DNA of 64,000 nt from Octopus vulgaris (Eukaryota), in NCBI GenBank assembly GCA_951406725.2, contig OX597828.1, positions 53,878,001-53,942,000 on the forward strand, in the 5' to 3' direction. Under the pieces are notes generated by a model that made no database searches, was not told the origin of the DNA, and saw only the letters and a program-made list of their open reading frames with translations. The position numbers were made by a program, and so were the translations under genes. Below are positions 26,385 to 39,300 of this stretch, piece after piece. Each line of letters opens with the position of its first letter. The stretch's first letter is position 1.

Positions 26385-27013
26385 ATCCTTTCTACTATAG
26401 GCACAAGGCCTGGAATTTTCGAGGAGGGGAGATAGTCGAGTGCATTGAACACAGTAGTCAAACAGTTACTTATTTTATCAACCCCACAAAAGGATGAAAT
26501 GCAATGCAAAGTCGACCGTGGCAGAATTTGAACGCAGAATGTGAGGACGGCTGAACTGTTGCTAAGCAGTTTGTCTGGCATGATAATGCTTCTACCAGCT
26601 AGCTGCCTTTAACAAGATTAATAATGGTTTCTACTATAGGCACAAGACCTGAAATTTTGGGGGTGGGGACTAATTGATATAACAGTGACAGTGTTTTACT
26701 GGTATTTAAATTTATCGATTCCGAAAGGATGAAAGCCAAAGCCAACCTCAGTGGAATTTGAACTCAGAACAGCAACAATTAATAATAATAATGGTTTCAA
26801 ATTTTGCCACAAGTGCTTCAATTTGGGGGGAGGGGATGAGTTGATTACATTGACCCCCCCCCCCCAGTGTTCAACTGGTACTTATTTCATCGACCCTGAA
26901 AGGATGAAAGGCAAAGTCAACCTTGGCAGAATTTGAACTCAGAACGTAAAGACAGGTGAAACACCGCTTATCATTTCATCCAGTCCGCTAATGATTCTGC
27001 CAGCTTGCTGCCT
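26385..27013 (-). mobile_element. Cluster of three decayed SINE family B copies
   Basis: Repeated variants of TCGACCCCGAAAGGATGAAAGGCAAAGTCGACC; an older copy lies at about 22010-22225. Confidence 0.8.
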
Positions 27014-27105
27014 TAATTAATAGTAATATTAACACAAATAAACAATTAAGATTAAGAACAACAAAAGCAATGACAAATCATTAATACATTGGCTTTAGTT
27101 AATCA

Positions 27106-27135
27106 TTTATTTATTTATTAATTTATTTATTTATT
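27106..27135 (-). promoter_or_regulatory. Candidate polyadenylation signals of the minus-strand gene
   Basis: Several AATAAA on the minus strand at the end of a largely repeat-poor tract downstream of the stop at 29554; could be only a (TTTA)n microsatellite. Confidence 0.3.
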
Positions 27136-29553
27136 GAAAAGAAACCCTTCTGTGAGTTGTCAAAGCAAGGAATCCAATAAGGAATTCGTTTATTAGAATA
27201 TCACCATTCAACTAATTAGGCTGGCTGGTTGGCTGGAAACTCAAATACAAAAAAACAAAAACAACAAACAAGATTTGGAAAAAAAAAAAAACAAAAAAAA
27301 AAAAGGCAATGCAGCAGTAAAGATACAAGAATTTTGCATTGACTTTCGGATAAGCTCCAGTCTGGTTTCGGATCATTTAATTCATTTTACACACCACGTT
27401 TAAGACAAAAAAAAACCCAAAAAAACGTGGAGTTGTAGACTTGATTTTAAAGTTTTTGTTTTTGGTTCAGTTTTTTTTTAAGATTTTAGTTGGTCACAAT
27501 AAAGAGGCAAGTTGGTATTTGTGGTGGTGAACAGTCAAAGACAAACGGTGGCGCCAAAGAAGGGAACTTACAAAAGGTGGAACACAATCGAGACAGCATC
27601 CTTTTCATCGTTTCTTTTCTTTTGTTTTGTTTTTTTTTGGCAGGCAGGGATTTGATTGTTTATTTCAGTACCCAGAAATAATGGTTTTATCAAAGTAAAT
27701 CTAGAATCCACTGCAAGTACCTGTTAAATAAGCTTAAACTCCAACTGAAGACTTTTCAAAGACACATCTTACAATTAAGGTGAAACAATGGCAGAATGGA
27801 GGGTCCTTCGTTAATTCCTTCCTTCTAGTGAATATTTTTCAAAGAGATCCAGTCTAAATGAAATGCTACAACATACCTTAAAACCTCATCATACATAAGG
27901 CCCTAAACCCTATCACATACTCACGAATCTTCAGTTCTTTCAAATAGACCCCTGATCCCTTAAACACTGAAATCCTGTCATGTTAGAATTCCAAAACAAA
28001 AAACAGGTTTGAACTCAATCAAATGAGTTTCCTAATTCTTTCTTCACTTACATCTCAACTTCTACCAAACTGATCAAAGTTCCTTCTGAGTTGTATAGAA
28101 TCTCAAAGACAAAAAGGTCTTCTTTCAGAGTCAGGGATCTGTACAATATACTGATTACAACGAGGTACAATATACTGATTAACTTCAGCTAACGTTCAAG
28201 ATTTCAGAAGACATGGTTGAAACTTATTCTTAAGACATCTGACAGATTCCCTGTCAAATTAAACTCACCCCTTCAAAAATTCCATCTGGAGATTTGAGAT
28301 CAAAGGAAAGGTATTACTTCACAATCTCAGATGGAACTCAAACATCTCACAAAACGATCTTCTGGCATATGGTTGCAAAGTTCAGCCAAATTAAACCGAA
28401 GACAAACGCATTAATCAATGAGACTGATCAACAATCTACCAAACTGATCCAGTACTTCCATTAAGAAAAAAACAAAAAGAAAACGTCATCGAAAAAGATG
28501 TTCACAAACTGAGGCTCATGAGTAACTGAGTGCTCAAAAGGAGTGGCTCAATAATGCTGCTCAAAAAACATGACACAAACAATGGAAGCAGCCAGAAATT
28601 TTAAAAAAAAACTAAATACTTGCAAAGTGTTTAATCCAATGTTGCTCTACCAACTGGGTGACAGCAACCCTTTGCAGGAACAAACATTATGCTGTCTTCT
28701 CGTTTAGGTTCTGAGTTTAATTTGTATTATTGAGTGTAAACCATCTAATCTGAGAAAACTCAGACACATATCCATATATACACACACACGTGCACATAAT
28801 ATACATATGCACACACACAATATATGTATGCACAAAAACGTTTGTATGTGTGTATGGCAGGTGTGTGGGCAAAGTGGGAGTGACTTGGGACAATGTTTGC
28901 ACAAAATTTGCCAAAGAGCACAAATGCCAAACTTAAATTTGGTGAATTTCATTGTTATACACATTTAAACACACATGCATAGAACAATAAGTTCCATCCA
29001 CACCACCACAACCAAATTAGGAAATAAAAACATAAATAGCTGATGTGTGTGTGTGTGTGTGTGTGTTATTATAAGTTAATCCTGTCACAAAGATTCCTGC
29101 AGTCATCTATACTGCACCTAGGGTTCTGCAGAGTAAAAGAAGGTGAGAAAAAAGTAGCACCACTCCCTACTCAACCTCTGAAACTGGGAAAGAGTCCTGG
29201 GTCAGATCTCACCCCTATTCGCTCACCACACTGCCAGAGAGCCTGAAGAATGGTGTTGCCACAGAATCAGAAAGGAATACTTACAGGTGGTTAAAGAATT
29301 AACAGGTCAGCAGTTTTTTTTACTTTTATCTAGAGACACCAAACTGACACCTTTCGTTAAAGTGTTTGTGTGTAAGTGTGTGGAGAATAAATATACATGT
29401 GTATGTGTGTGTGCAGAGAGAGTGGAGCACAGGAGTAGCTATCTTATCACTCCCCTGTATTCAGAACTCATAACTGGACGTGGGACAGGAAATGAAAATA
29501 AATGTGACCACCAAAGGATAAAATAAAATAAAGCCTCTTGTAGAATGGTGCAA

Positions 29554-29660
29554 TTATTCCTGTTTGAAGCAAGCCATTGCTGCTGGCCAGACATCGACTG
29601 GGAAGCGTGATGCAAAGGACATACGGACCTCCAGGTCTGAAGTTCGGGCCTTGTCCTTAT
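29554..29660 (-). CDS. Candidate terminal coding exon of an unidentified host gene
   Basis: Strong acceptor TGTTTTTTTCAG|AT; phase 1 reads (D)KDKARTSDLEVRMSFASRFPVDVWPAAMACFKQE*; in frame with exon 34278-34361. Confidence 0.5.
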
Positions 29661-30454
29661 CTGAAAAAAACATAGACAAGAGAAATTTTAGTATGGAATG
29701 GTGACACACACACACACACACAAACATACACTCTCTCACACATATACACATTTGTATTGGAACATAAAAGACAATGAATTAATCAATAATGGTAAAAGTT
29801 GTCAAATACATCAAAACATATAATAAATCACCCACAAGTTGAGACAAACAAAAACATCAGCTGCTGAGGGAGGCTCTGTATACTTGCCCTCAGTCTGCTA
29901 AAAACAGCAGCTAAATCTCAGATCATGTGTTCCTAGATACACTGAGAGAAGAGTGGAAATGGGCATGGCTACAATGTCTTTGATGAGGCTGTTTAACCCT
30001 AGGTTGTACCTTTGGGTCAAACTCAAAGATGCTCCAGCCTCTTTGTCATTAATGACTTCATAATGTATCCTTTTAGGTTAAAATTTCATAAAGATTTGCC
30101 TGTTATTTCTAGGAGTAGATGGAGCAAACATGTAGAACCTTCTCACTGGAATATCCTTGATAGAAGGTCAACAGGATTGGAGCTGGCCTGGGGTAAAATT
30201 ACGAACTAGAAAATACAAGCATTACAAGAATTTTTGATTCTGTTCAAATCATGATCATCACCACTTAACATCCGTTTTTCATGCTGGCAGGAACTGGCAA
30301 AGCCAGGAATCATACCAGGTTCTATAGTCTGTTATGGCATGGTTTCTACAGCTCAATGCCTTTTCTAACACCACCCACTTTACAAAGTGAAATGGGTGCT
30401 TTTTGTGTGTCACCATCACTAGTCCTTTTTATGTGGTACCATCACCATGGAGAT

Positions 30455-30780
30455 CATCATCATCATCATCATCGTTTAAACGTCCATTCTCCATGCTAGC
30501 ATGGGTTGGACGGTTCAACCGGGGTCTGGGAAGCCTGAAGGCTGCACCAGGCTCCAGTCTGATCTGGCAGTGTTTCTACAGCGGGAAACCCTTCCTAACA
30601 CCAACCACTCCGTGAGTGTAGTGGGTGCTTTTTACGTGCCAGGCAAGGGTGGCAACGGCCACAATCAGTTGGTGCTTTTTACGTGCCACGGCACGGAAGC
30701 CAGTCAAGGTGGCGTTGACATCGGCCACGTTCGGATGGTGCTTTTTGCATGCCACCGGCACAGGGATCACAACTACAATT
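30455..30780 (-). mobile_element. SINE-like family E with internal tandem repeats
   Basis: Matches 26085-26268; GGTGCTTTT..GTGCCA repeated three times. Confidence 0.75.
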
Positions 30781-31163
30781 TTGAGATTCATATTTAAATG
30801 AGGGCTCATGTTTACACCCAGAGTAATTTAAAATAACTCTACTGCTGCATATCTTCTCGGTTAACAAGGTTCAGTCTTGTGTCACTCACAACCCCCTTAA
30901 TAACAAAAACTGACCACTTTATATTCTTTCATTTGTTAAGTTTTTTAAAATCTCCATTCAGGCCCAAGTTGTTACTGCTGTCCCAAAATGACCAATCAGA
31001 ATGAGCTGTGTTTGAAAAGTGGTTTGGTACTTTTTGGCTCTAGGGCCAATCACAAATCATTTAATCATTACAATCACGAAGAACACTGCCACCATATGGG
31101 TGGATAAAATACAGCAATAGACACAGAACACAGCTCTGTAGCACGCCTGCATCCTACCACCAG

Positions 31164-31380
31164 CTCTTTAGCATTCAGTTTACTTAGTCAAAACTGATGC
31201 TCATTCATTCACGTTTTAAAAATTTAACCATGTATTATCTTGTAGCTTCAAAATGTTGAGGATGTGATTGTTTATTTTTTTATTAACATTGTAGGGTATG
31301 TGTGAGAGGCCAGGTTAGGCTGGCTTCGGCATAAAACAGGAATATTTTGGCTGGATATAATTGGTTTAAATACTAAAGGG
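31164..31380. mobile_element. piggyBac-like MITE
   Basis: CTCTTTAGCATT .. AATACTAAAGGG followed by TTAA; left TSD lost. Confidence 0.6.
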
Positions 31381-32354
31381 TTAAGAAACAGATTAACAAC
31401 TATCTGTTAATTGAAACAAACTCAGTTTGCCAAGAGAGTAAAGAAGGTCTGAGATTTGTTTCAATGACCCTATTCAACCCTGATTGCTTTTTTTTTTATA
31501 TATTTTAATTTTTTTTGCAAAAAATAATTCTTAGTTATTGAACATAACACAATGAACAATAAGGAAACATGATGGGGTGGAGAAGGAGGAAAAGAAAGAA
31601 CAGAGGAGGATGAGAAAATGGGAGAGAAGATGAGAAGTGGGAAAGAATGAAAGGGAAGAAGAAAAGAAAAAGGAGGAAAGAGAAAGAGAGGGAGTAGAAA
31701 GTTGCTATTATTTAGCTTAAGGTCATCTTTGACTGAAATGACCTATCATTGCAGAGACATTCCAAGCATGACTATATCACTTTTTTCAGTGAAATCTAGG
31801 AATACATTGTGTGTATTCAGACAATGGAGGTGTAAGTTGAAGGAAATTTGGCTGCTCTTTCTAACAATTTGAAATTCTACCAAGAGGCCATAAGGAATAA
31901 AATGTGGAAGACCTGGGGGTGGGAGTCAAATGTCAAAAGGAGCAGGGAGGAATAAGATGAAAAAAAATGAAATGAAAAAGAAAGAAACAAACAAATAAAG
32001 GATGGCAGTAAAGGACAATGGGGGTGGAATGGGAGGAAACTGGAGGGGAATTGCCAGAAATAAGGGTTGAAGAGAGTGACAGCAGGGGACAGATATAGAG
32101 GTGAGAGGAGGGAGCAGTAAAAAAAGAGGGAGAAGAAAAAGGTATGATAATTAAATTAATCAGAATAGAAACGGAAGCAGCAGTGGGTCCCCCCCACCAC
32201 CACTGCTACCATGAAAAGTAACGGGGATGGGGGTGTTTGGTCAACGAATGGCAAACAATGGTGGACAGTTAAGGACGGTAATCGTAAAGGGAGGTAATTA
32301 TGGCCAACAACAACAACAACACCATCGCCAAACAGTCGAGGCACAAACAAGAGC

Positions 32355-32545
32355 CTCCGTGTGGTTGTTTAACTTACTAGAAATGGCAGCTTAATCTCCT
32401 TACAAATCTAAAGCAAAGGGTAAGCTGGATAACGTGGTCCTCGGTTAGTTGTAGGACAAAAAGGCAGGATGGTCAGAGCTGTCTTTGATCATAGCTCTGT
32501 TTGACTCGGGTTGACCTGGGGCAAAATAACATCAACAACAACAAC
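32355..32545 (+). mobile_element. Old SINE-like family F with (AAC)n tail
   Basis: CTAGAAATGGCAGC..GGATGGTCA..TCTTTGATCATAG..GACCTGGGGC; relatives at about 29860-30020, 31700-31890 (-) and 33600-33870. Confidence 0.55.
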
Positions 32546-32659
32546 ATCATTCTTCATTCTCTCCTTACCATCATCTCCCATTTCGTCATTTTCTCCTCTC
32601 CCTCATTACAACACCTAATTACTCTACCCAACACTTCAAGTGTATCACACACACCTTTT

Positions 32660-33043
32660 ACATTTTATCTTTTACTTGTTTCAGTCATTAGACTGCGACC
32701 ATGCTGCAGCAACGCCCTGAAGAATTTTGAGTCGAATGAATCAACCCCAGTACTTATTTCTTTAAATCCTGGTACTTATTTTATCCTTCTCTTTTGCCAA
32801 ACCACTAGGTTACTGGAAAGGAAGCATGCCAACACCAGTTCAAGTGGTGGTGCAAGACAGCACAAAGACAGACACACATACACTCGGGCTTCGTTCAGTT
32901 TCCGCCCACCAGATCTACTCATAAAGTTTTGGTCAGCCCATGCTATAGGAGAAGATACTTGCCCAAGGTGCCACGCAGTAGGACTGAACCCGGAATCATG
33001 TGGTTGGGAAGAAAATTTCTTACCACACAGCCATGCCTGCGCC
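32660..33043 (-). mobile_element. SINE family A (old, CpG-decayed)
   Basis: Collinear with other A copies. Confidence 0.85.
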
Positions 33044-34277
33044 TAGACTGCTGAAATCTACAAGTTTTTTTATTCTCTCTCTGTTTATTCTTTATTATTC
33101 TTTTCCGTTAAAGAGCATAGGCTCAAAATATAAAAGACTTTTTCATTAATACACTCGCTTGTTGTTCATACACCTGTCTTCGCCTTGTTTTTCTATAAAT
33201 TTCAACTTTGTGTGTGTGAGTGTGTGTGTACACACATACAAAGGCCTGACATGAGCAAAAAGAAAACCAAACACCGTCAGTACAATAATCAAGGTGTAGA
33301 GAAGGTGGGGAGACAGAGAGGCTGAGGAGAGAAAGAAGTAAGCATGGTGGTGGTGGAGAGGATGAGTTGAGTGAAAAAGAAAGTCAGTGGACAGAGGTAA
33401 GAGGGGGAAACAGAGAGAGGAAGGGTTGAGGTTCCGTTTAAAAACGAAACAAAAAAACGTGTCAGTTCCCACCACAACCACCACCACTGCCACCTCTTCC
33501 TCTTCCTTACTTTCTTTCAACATCCTCCCCAACCACTCCACACCTTTTCCATAGTGTTGTAACAAGACAAAGTCTACTGCGATAAATCATCAGCGACCTC
33601 CCGCTTCCTGACAGCGGCGGAAATAGCAGCCAAATACAAACAATATTTAGTGAAGGACAGTTTGGATAACATAGTCTTGAGCATAAAAAAAAAATTAAAA
33701 AAAGATGGCATGGTCATAGTGGAAGGTCTTTCGCCAAAGGTCTATTCAATCAGGGATAACTTGGGACAGTTTGGATAACATAGTCCTGAGAAAAAAAAGA
33801 CAGGTTGGTCACAGTGGAAGGTCTTTGATCAGAAGTCTGTTCAATCAAGGACAACCTGGGACTTTACAACAACTGCTGTGACTTCCAGTTTTCATTACAC
33901 ACAAGTACTACCACCAACACTACAATTATAAGGAAACATAATCATTACTGCAACCCTCTCTACCGTTTGTAACATAAGCCACCATCATATCCACAATCGC
34001 CCACCATCACCACCATGGACAACACGAAAGCTATCACCACCATGAGACTGACACGACAGTGTAAAATGTCGCTAATTTACCATTGTCAACAGACATCTCT
34101 GGGATTCAGCTCTTATTAAGTTTGATGTTGATGACGCTGGTGTTGTTGCTGTTCAGATGTGTGGGGGTCGAAGTGGGTTTGAAATAAACCCAAAGTTGAG
34201 AACCCACTTGGACTGATTCACTTAAGAGAGAGCGGAAAGGAGCGCGAGAAAGGGGCGGAGGAGAGGAGGAGGAGTAC

Positions 34278-34361
34278 CTTTACTGGAGTCCACTCTATTG
34301 TAAGCTCTTAGGCCTGGTTTGCTGTTTGAGGATAACTTCCCGCCTTCTTCCAAATGTTCTT
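34278..34361 (-). CDS. Candidate 84-nt phase 1-1 coding exon of the host gene
   Basis: TTTTGGCTAG|AAGAACAT..AGTAAAG|GTACTC; open frame xEHLEEGGKLSSNSKPGLRAYNRVDSSK; joins the 29660 exon as GAT (D). Confidence 0.5.
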
Positions 34362-34559
34362 CTAGCCAAAATATCTCAGAAGAACTTTATTAAATGCACA
34401 AAGGTATTTTTTCGGATCACCTTTCTAAATTGTAAACGTTAAACTTACTGGTACTCCGTCGGTTGCGACGACGATGGTTTCAGTTGATCCAACCAACGGA
34501 ACAACCTGCGTGTGAAATTAACATGAAAGGGAGAGCACACCAGACACACGTACTGTTAG

Positions 34560-34781
34560 CCCTTTTGATATCAACCCGCATGAAACCGCCTCTAGCTCTG
34601 TAGTACAAATGTCTTGTTTTCAAAAATTATAAATTAAAATCTTCCACCAAACCTTAGTCACAATTTATGTTCTTAACACTGGCTTAATGATAACTAAGTT
34701 ATTTTACTAAATACTTTGTTATATTTAAAATTAATTGAAAGAAACACAGAGCATCTAAACAAAAATATGGTAACAAAAGGA
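34560..34781. mobile_element. piggyBac-like MITE
   Basis: CCCTTTTGATATCA .. TGGTAACAAAAGGA; sits where the uninterrupted SINE at 42970 has TTAA. Confidence 0.75.
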
Positions 34782-34810
34782 TGTAGTTCTCAAGGAGATT
34801 CAATGTGACA

Positions 34811-35044
34811 CGGTCGAGCTGGCAGAAACGTTAGCACGCCGGGCGAAATGCTTAGCGGTATTTCGTCTGCGTTACGTTGTGAGTTCAAATTCCGCCGAGG
34901 TCGACTTTGCTTTTCATCCTTTCGGGGTCGATAAATTAGGTACCAGTTGCGCACTGCGGTCGATGAAATCGACTTAATACCTATGTCTGTCCTTGTTTGT
35001 CCCCTCTGTGTTTAGTCCCTTGTGGGTAATAAAGAAATAGGTAT
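34811..35044 (+). mobile_element. SINE family B (central GCCTTTCATCCTTTCGGGGTCGATAAA domain, Meta-like)
   Basis: Head GAGCTGGCAGAAACGTTAGC, B box GAGTTCAAATTCC, tail ..AAAGAAATAGG. Confidence 0.88.
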
Positions 35045-35358
35045 GCAGCAAGGCTGTCCTTTTGAAATACAGGTACTACTCATTTTTGCCAGTTGAGTGG
35101 ACTGGAGCAACGTGAAATAAAGTGTCTTGCTCAAGGATACAACACGCCGCCGGAAATCGAACTTACAACCAAAAAATTGTGAACTGAATACACTAACCAC
35201 TATTCCACAAGCCTTTCGTCGTCAATAAATACAAATATTTTCTGAGAGAGCTGGGTAGATTTTGACCCACTATACCCTGGTTATAGATCCTGGTTACAGA
35301 AACTTCTATTTTTAGGAGGGAACGAGGAGCACATTCTACTGAACCGACCCCAGTTCAT

Positions 35359-35694
35359 GGTGCCAGTATAGCATGTGATCTACATGTCACTGTGATCTAC
35401 GTCAACTTAAATCTGGACTAGCTTGTGATCTGCATTCAAAATTTTGTTAAAACCTGTGTAAAATTCTTTTGCTCTCATCACAACTTCTTTCAATGGGCTC
35501 AGGACTAAAAGCGTTTAAATCATAAAAGTTTTTTTTTGGTTTATATACGAAACCAACCCGGAAGTCGAGTAAATAGATGAATTTTAAATGTAGATCAAGA
35601 AGCCGGTGTAAATCACAAACTATACCATTTGGACTAATGTAGATCACAAGATATACCAGAAACATGTATGTTGATTACATACTACACCGGCACC
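35359..35694. mobile_element. MITE with about 27-bp TIRs and GTGATCTAC subterminal repeats
   Basis: GGTGCCAGTATAGCATGTGATCTACAT / ATGTTGATTACATACTACACCGGCACC; CAT on both flanks; inserted in a decayed SINE B. Confidence 0.7.
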
Positions 35695-36071
35695 CATATT
35701 ATTTTATCGACCCTTAGAGGGAATAAGGAGTAAAGCTAATTCCAACTGGATTCAAACTCAGAAACGAAGACGGATGGAGTTAGTGATAGGAGAAATAAAG
35801 TTAGTTCGATTCTCTACTGCTTCGGCCAATGTACGGTTCTGGAGGGAGAGGAGACAGGAGGATGTGGGGGGTGATAGGAGGAAATGAGTGAAGTAACATT
35901 CATGCCTCTCCCAAGTGGCATAAAGGAATGATATGGCTTCAGAGATCTACTGAAGGCTTCACACACACGGGCGCGCGCATACATGCATGCATGCATACAT
36001 ACATACATGAACAAAGGTAATGGACACAAAAATTACACACATCCAGAAACACATACATAAATATGCACATC

Positions 36072-36110
<39 letters not shown>

Positions 36111-36589
36111 TACATACATACACATACACACGGCAAGCGGAAGTGTGTGAAAATTGATTATAATTCTGGAGTCTTAAGATGAAAGTGTAAAGAGGAAAAA
36201 AAAAAGAGCAACAAACACAGGACTGGAGATACAACCACCACCAGCACTACAACAACAACAACCACCACAACGACCACAGTAACAACTACCACCCAAAACA
36301 AATAATACAAACACCCAAGAAAGTACAAACTGTTTCTATCAGCAAATTAAGTTAAACAGTCATTTGTTTTTATTAGAGAAAGTGAGAGAGAAAGAGAGAA
36401 GGAGGGACACCAGCTCCTCCAACCCCACCCCAGCAAAGAGAAGGTGTGAGAGAGAGAGAGGAAGGGGAAGAATCCAGCCCCCACCCCCAACTACTACCTC
36501 AACAAAGATAAAAGATGACACCCTCCAAACATCCATCGATACTTTAGACTTATTTGTCTTCCATTAGTTTGACAGCGGGTGGGTACGTG

Positions 36590-36649
<60 letters not shown>

Positions 36650-36914
36650 AACTACACACGGACACATAGACTGCGATGTTTGCTAAGATGTGAGGTTTTC
36701 CTGTATAAAACAGTTAAATGTATCATCCTTTATATACAAGACAAAGTGTATGGATGTGTATATGTGTGTGTGTGTGTATGTATATATATATATATATATA
36801 TATTTATATTCACAGAGATAGATAGATAGAGAGAGAGAGAGAGAAACAAAAATAATGAAAAGCACAGTTCGATACAATTTATCAAACTGACATCTTAAAG
36901 ACTAAAAGAGTGAC

Positions 36915-36974
<60 letters not shown>

Positions 36975-37201
36975 TGATTGTGAGACAATCATGCCTTCAT
37001 TACTGAAAGACGGAGACAAAGGGTATAATTCCGAGGAACGATGAACACAAATACCAACATTAAATAACAGTATACTTGAGTTTTGCCTGGTCATTAGTCG
37101 CGACTCAATACCATGTATTGAGTCCTCAGATGTACCACATATAATGTTTCCTTGTAGATATTTTACAATTCCTACATTGTATCTTTGATATTTTGTTTCA
37201 A

Positions 37202-37585
37202 GGCGGCGAGCTGGCAGAAACGTTAGCACGCCGAACGAAATGCTTAGCGGTATTTCGTCTGCCGCTACGTTCTTGAGTTCAAATTCCGCCGAGGTCGACT
37301 TTGCCTTTCATCCTTTCGGGGTCGATTAAATAAGTACCAGTTACGCATTGGGGTCGATAGAATCGACTTAATCCGTTTGTCTGTCCTTGTTTGTCCTCTC
37401 TGTGTTTAGCCCCTTGTGGGTAGTAAAGAAATAGGTATTTCGTCTGTCTTTACGTTCTGAGTTCAAATTCCACCGAGGTCGACTTTGCCTTTCATCCATT
37501 CGGGGTCGATAAATTAAGTAACAGTTGCGTGCTGGGATTGATCTAATCAACTGGCCCCTCCCTTCCCCCAAAATTTCAAGCCTTG
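37202..37585 (+). mobile_element. SINE family B dimer
   Basis: Head + core + tail 1, then restart at TATTTCGTCT with core + tail 2. Confidence 0.88.
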
Positions 37586-37769
37586 TGCGGCCATGCTAGG
37601 GCACTGAATCGAAGGGTTTTACTCGAACAAATCGACCTCAGTACTTAATTTTTTTTTTAAGCAGGCACTTATTCTATTGATCTCTTTTGCCGAACCTCTA
37701 AATTACGGAGACGTACACTCATCAACACTGGTTGTCAAGCGGTGGTGGGACACATATACATACGGTCTG

Positions 37770-38200
37770 TTCCTTAATGATGCAGCTGCTCTGTCTATTA
37801 TTCCTATGTGAAGTTCGTAGACATTACTGTGTTCTTTAATTTCCAAATATGCTTGGACATTCTTGTAGTGTTTTCTAGAAGACGATGGCAAAACGAACTG
37901 CTGTGTTGAAACGGACAGTCTATTTTTATTTAATGTATTCCCTGTCAGTCATATGTAGCAGATTAAGGTACTGTTAAATGGACAAGCGAATGTCGTATGA
38001 GAGGTTTCTTTATAGGTGTTTGCCGTATACAGCGACAATTGCATGTCAACCCTTGTAGCTAGTGTGACCGCAGAATACCTCCACTTTTTATCATGCTTGA
38101 AACACTCTTCATATAGTTAAATCTCACCTTTATGTTGTTCTGGTTAGCTGATGGAATCTGTGGTCATTTGGAAAGTTTTTGTAGATATTTCTTTTTTACT
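37770..38200 (-). mobile_element. Penelope-like element remnant
   Basis: KNFPNDHRFHQL/NQNNIKVRFNYMKSVSSMIKS, TCNCR, ENTTRMSKHIWKLK, IIDRA. Confidence 0.75.
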
Positions 38201-38479
38201 GCTTCCATCTTATGTATATAGTAATGCCAGGGCACTATAATCGATACTGCTACACCCTTCATCTGGTATGTAGTATTTGATTACTCAGGGTTCGATATCA
38301 CTGTCATTATTTGCCTTTCTTTTGCTATGATATAGGTTCGTCCACTATGCTACACCGTACCATATTCTAGTATTGGTTGAATGTGTTGACATCTACTTTA
38401 CACAGAGTATATAAGATGTTATTAAAGAACTGTGGTCCTTATTTATAGTTTTTTTTTTTACTCCTTTACTCGTCTGCTT

Positions 38480-39300
38480 CATTGTCTTCTAGATCAATGA
38501 TGTCAACGAATGGCAGGTAGTTAGGCAGAGATGTTTCTAATTGGACAGAGGGAAAGAGGGTAGAAAATACAGGGTGGCTGAGATGAACATAGCAGTTTCC
38601 TGTCGCTGCATTTAAAGAAGTCGAACAATGCTTAGAAATGAAAATATCATCAGACGGAAACAAGCAACAACCACGAGCAGTGGTGATCGTTTTAGCTGAT
38701 ACAAAGCTTTGAAGTTCAGATTTGTTCAATACACTTGAAGGAAATAAAATCGTGTTTCGCTGCACGTCACCATTGATCTGGTGTCAGAAAATGATTGTTC
38801 ATCGATAATATCCGATCAAACAAACTTCACTTAAGAGCGCCCAATTCATTCTACAATTTTTCTTTACGCTTCACACATTTTAAAATGTTATCGCTTTATT
38901 AATTGGAATGTCAGTATTTCATTGATGTTGTTGTTTTCATTTATGATTGATTACAGAAAGTAAACAGCCACGTGGTTGATAGAATATAAGGTAACTGGAG
39001 CAAGTTGGTGTCAAGTCGAATCTCACCTCAGAATAAAACTTTCTTGAGTGTGAAAAACTTGTATTAAGGAGTGAAGACAAAACATTAGTCTTTATTTCGA
39101 GAAATCTCTGAGGACATTTCGACCGGTTAGAAGAGTCTATTACCACGTGCCTTTCACTACGGTTACCGTTCCACTAGTTATGAACTTTCAGACCAACTAG
39201 CATTGAAGATGAAGTTAGTGAAAACAGAAATGTTTCAGATAAGGTCAGAATACAAAATTACGTTTTTCTCTTACAACCATCGTATCAGCGCAATAAACTA
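38480..39300 (-). mobile_element. Possible PLE reverse transcriptase remnant
   Basis: LVGLKVHN (LYGLPKVHK-like), SDDIFI and LFPSVQLETSLPNYLPFVDII (LHPSI.FT.E..LPFLD-like); heavily decayed. Confidence 0.4.

Larger units (their letters stand above)
34448..35215 (-). mobile_element. SINE with family D CORE-like domain and tail Y, carrying two nested insertions
   Basis: Central part matches 9980-10050; tail matches 42855-43040. Confidence 0.8.

Noticed and set aside
28141-28182. Short direct repeats (GTACAATATACTGATTA twice; similar pairs near 15170, 22370 and 33655)
   Set aside because: Two-copy local duplications, not CRISPR-like arrays; eukaryotic context
33100-33210. Possible decayed PLE terminus with GAGC ATAG GCTC hairpin
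   Set aside because: Neither core strand matches the hammerhead consensus in this copy
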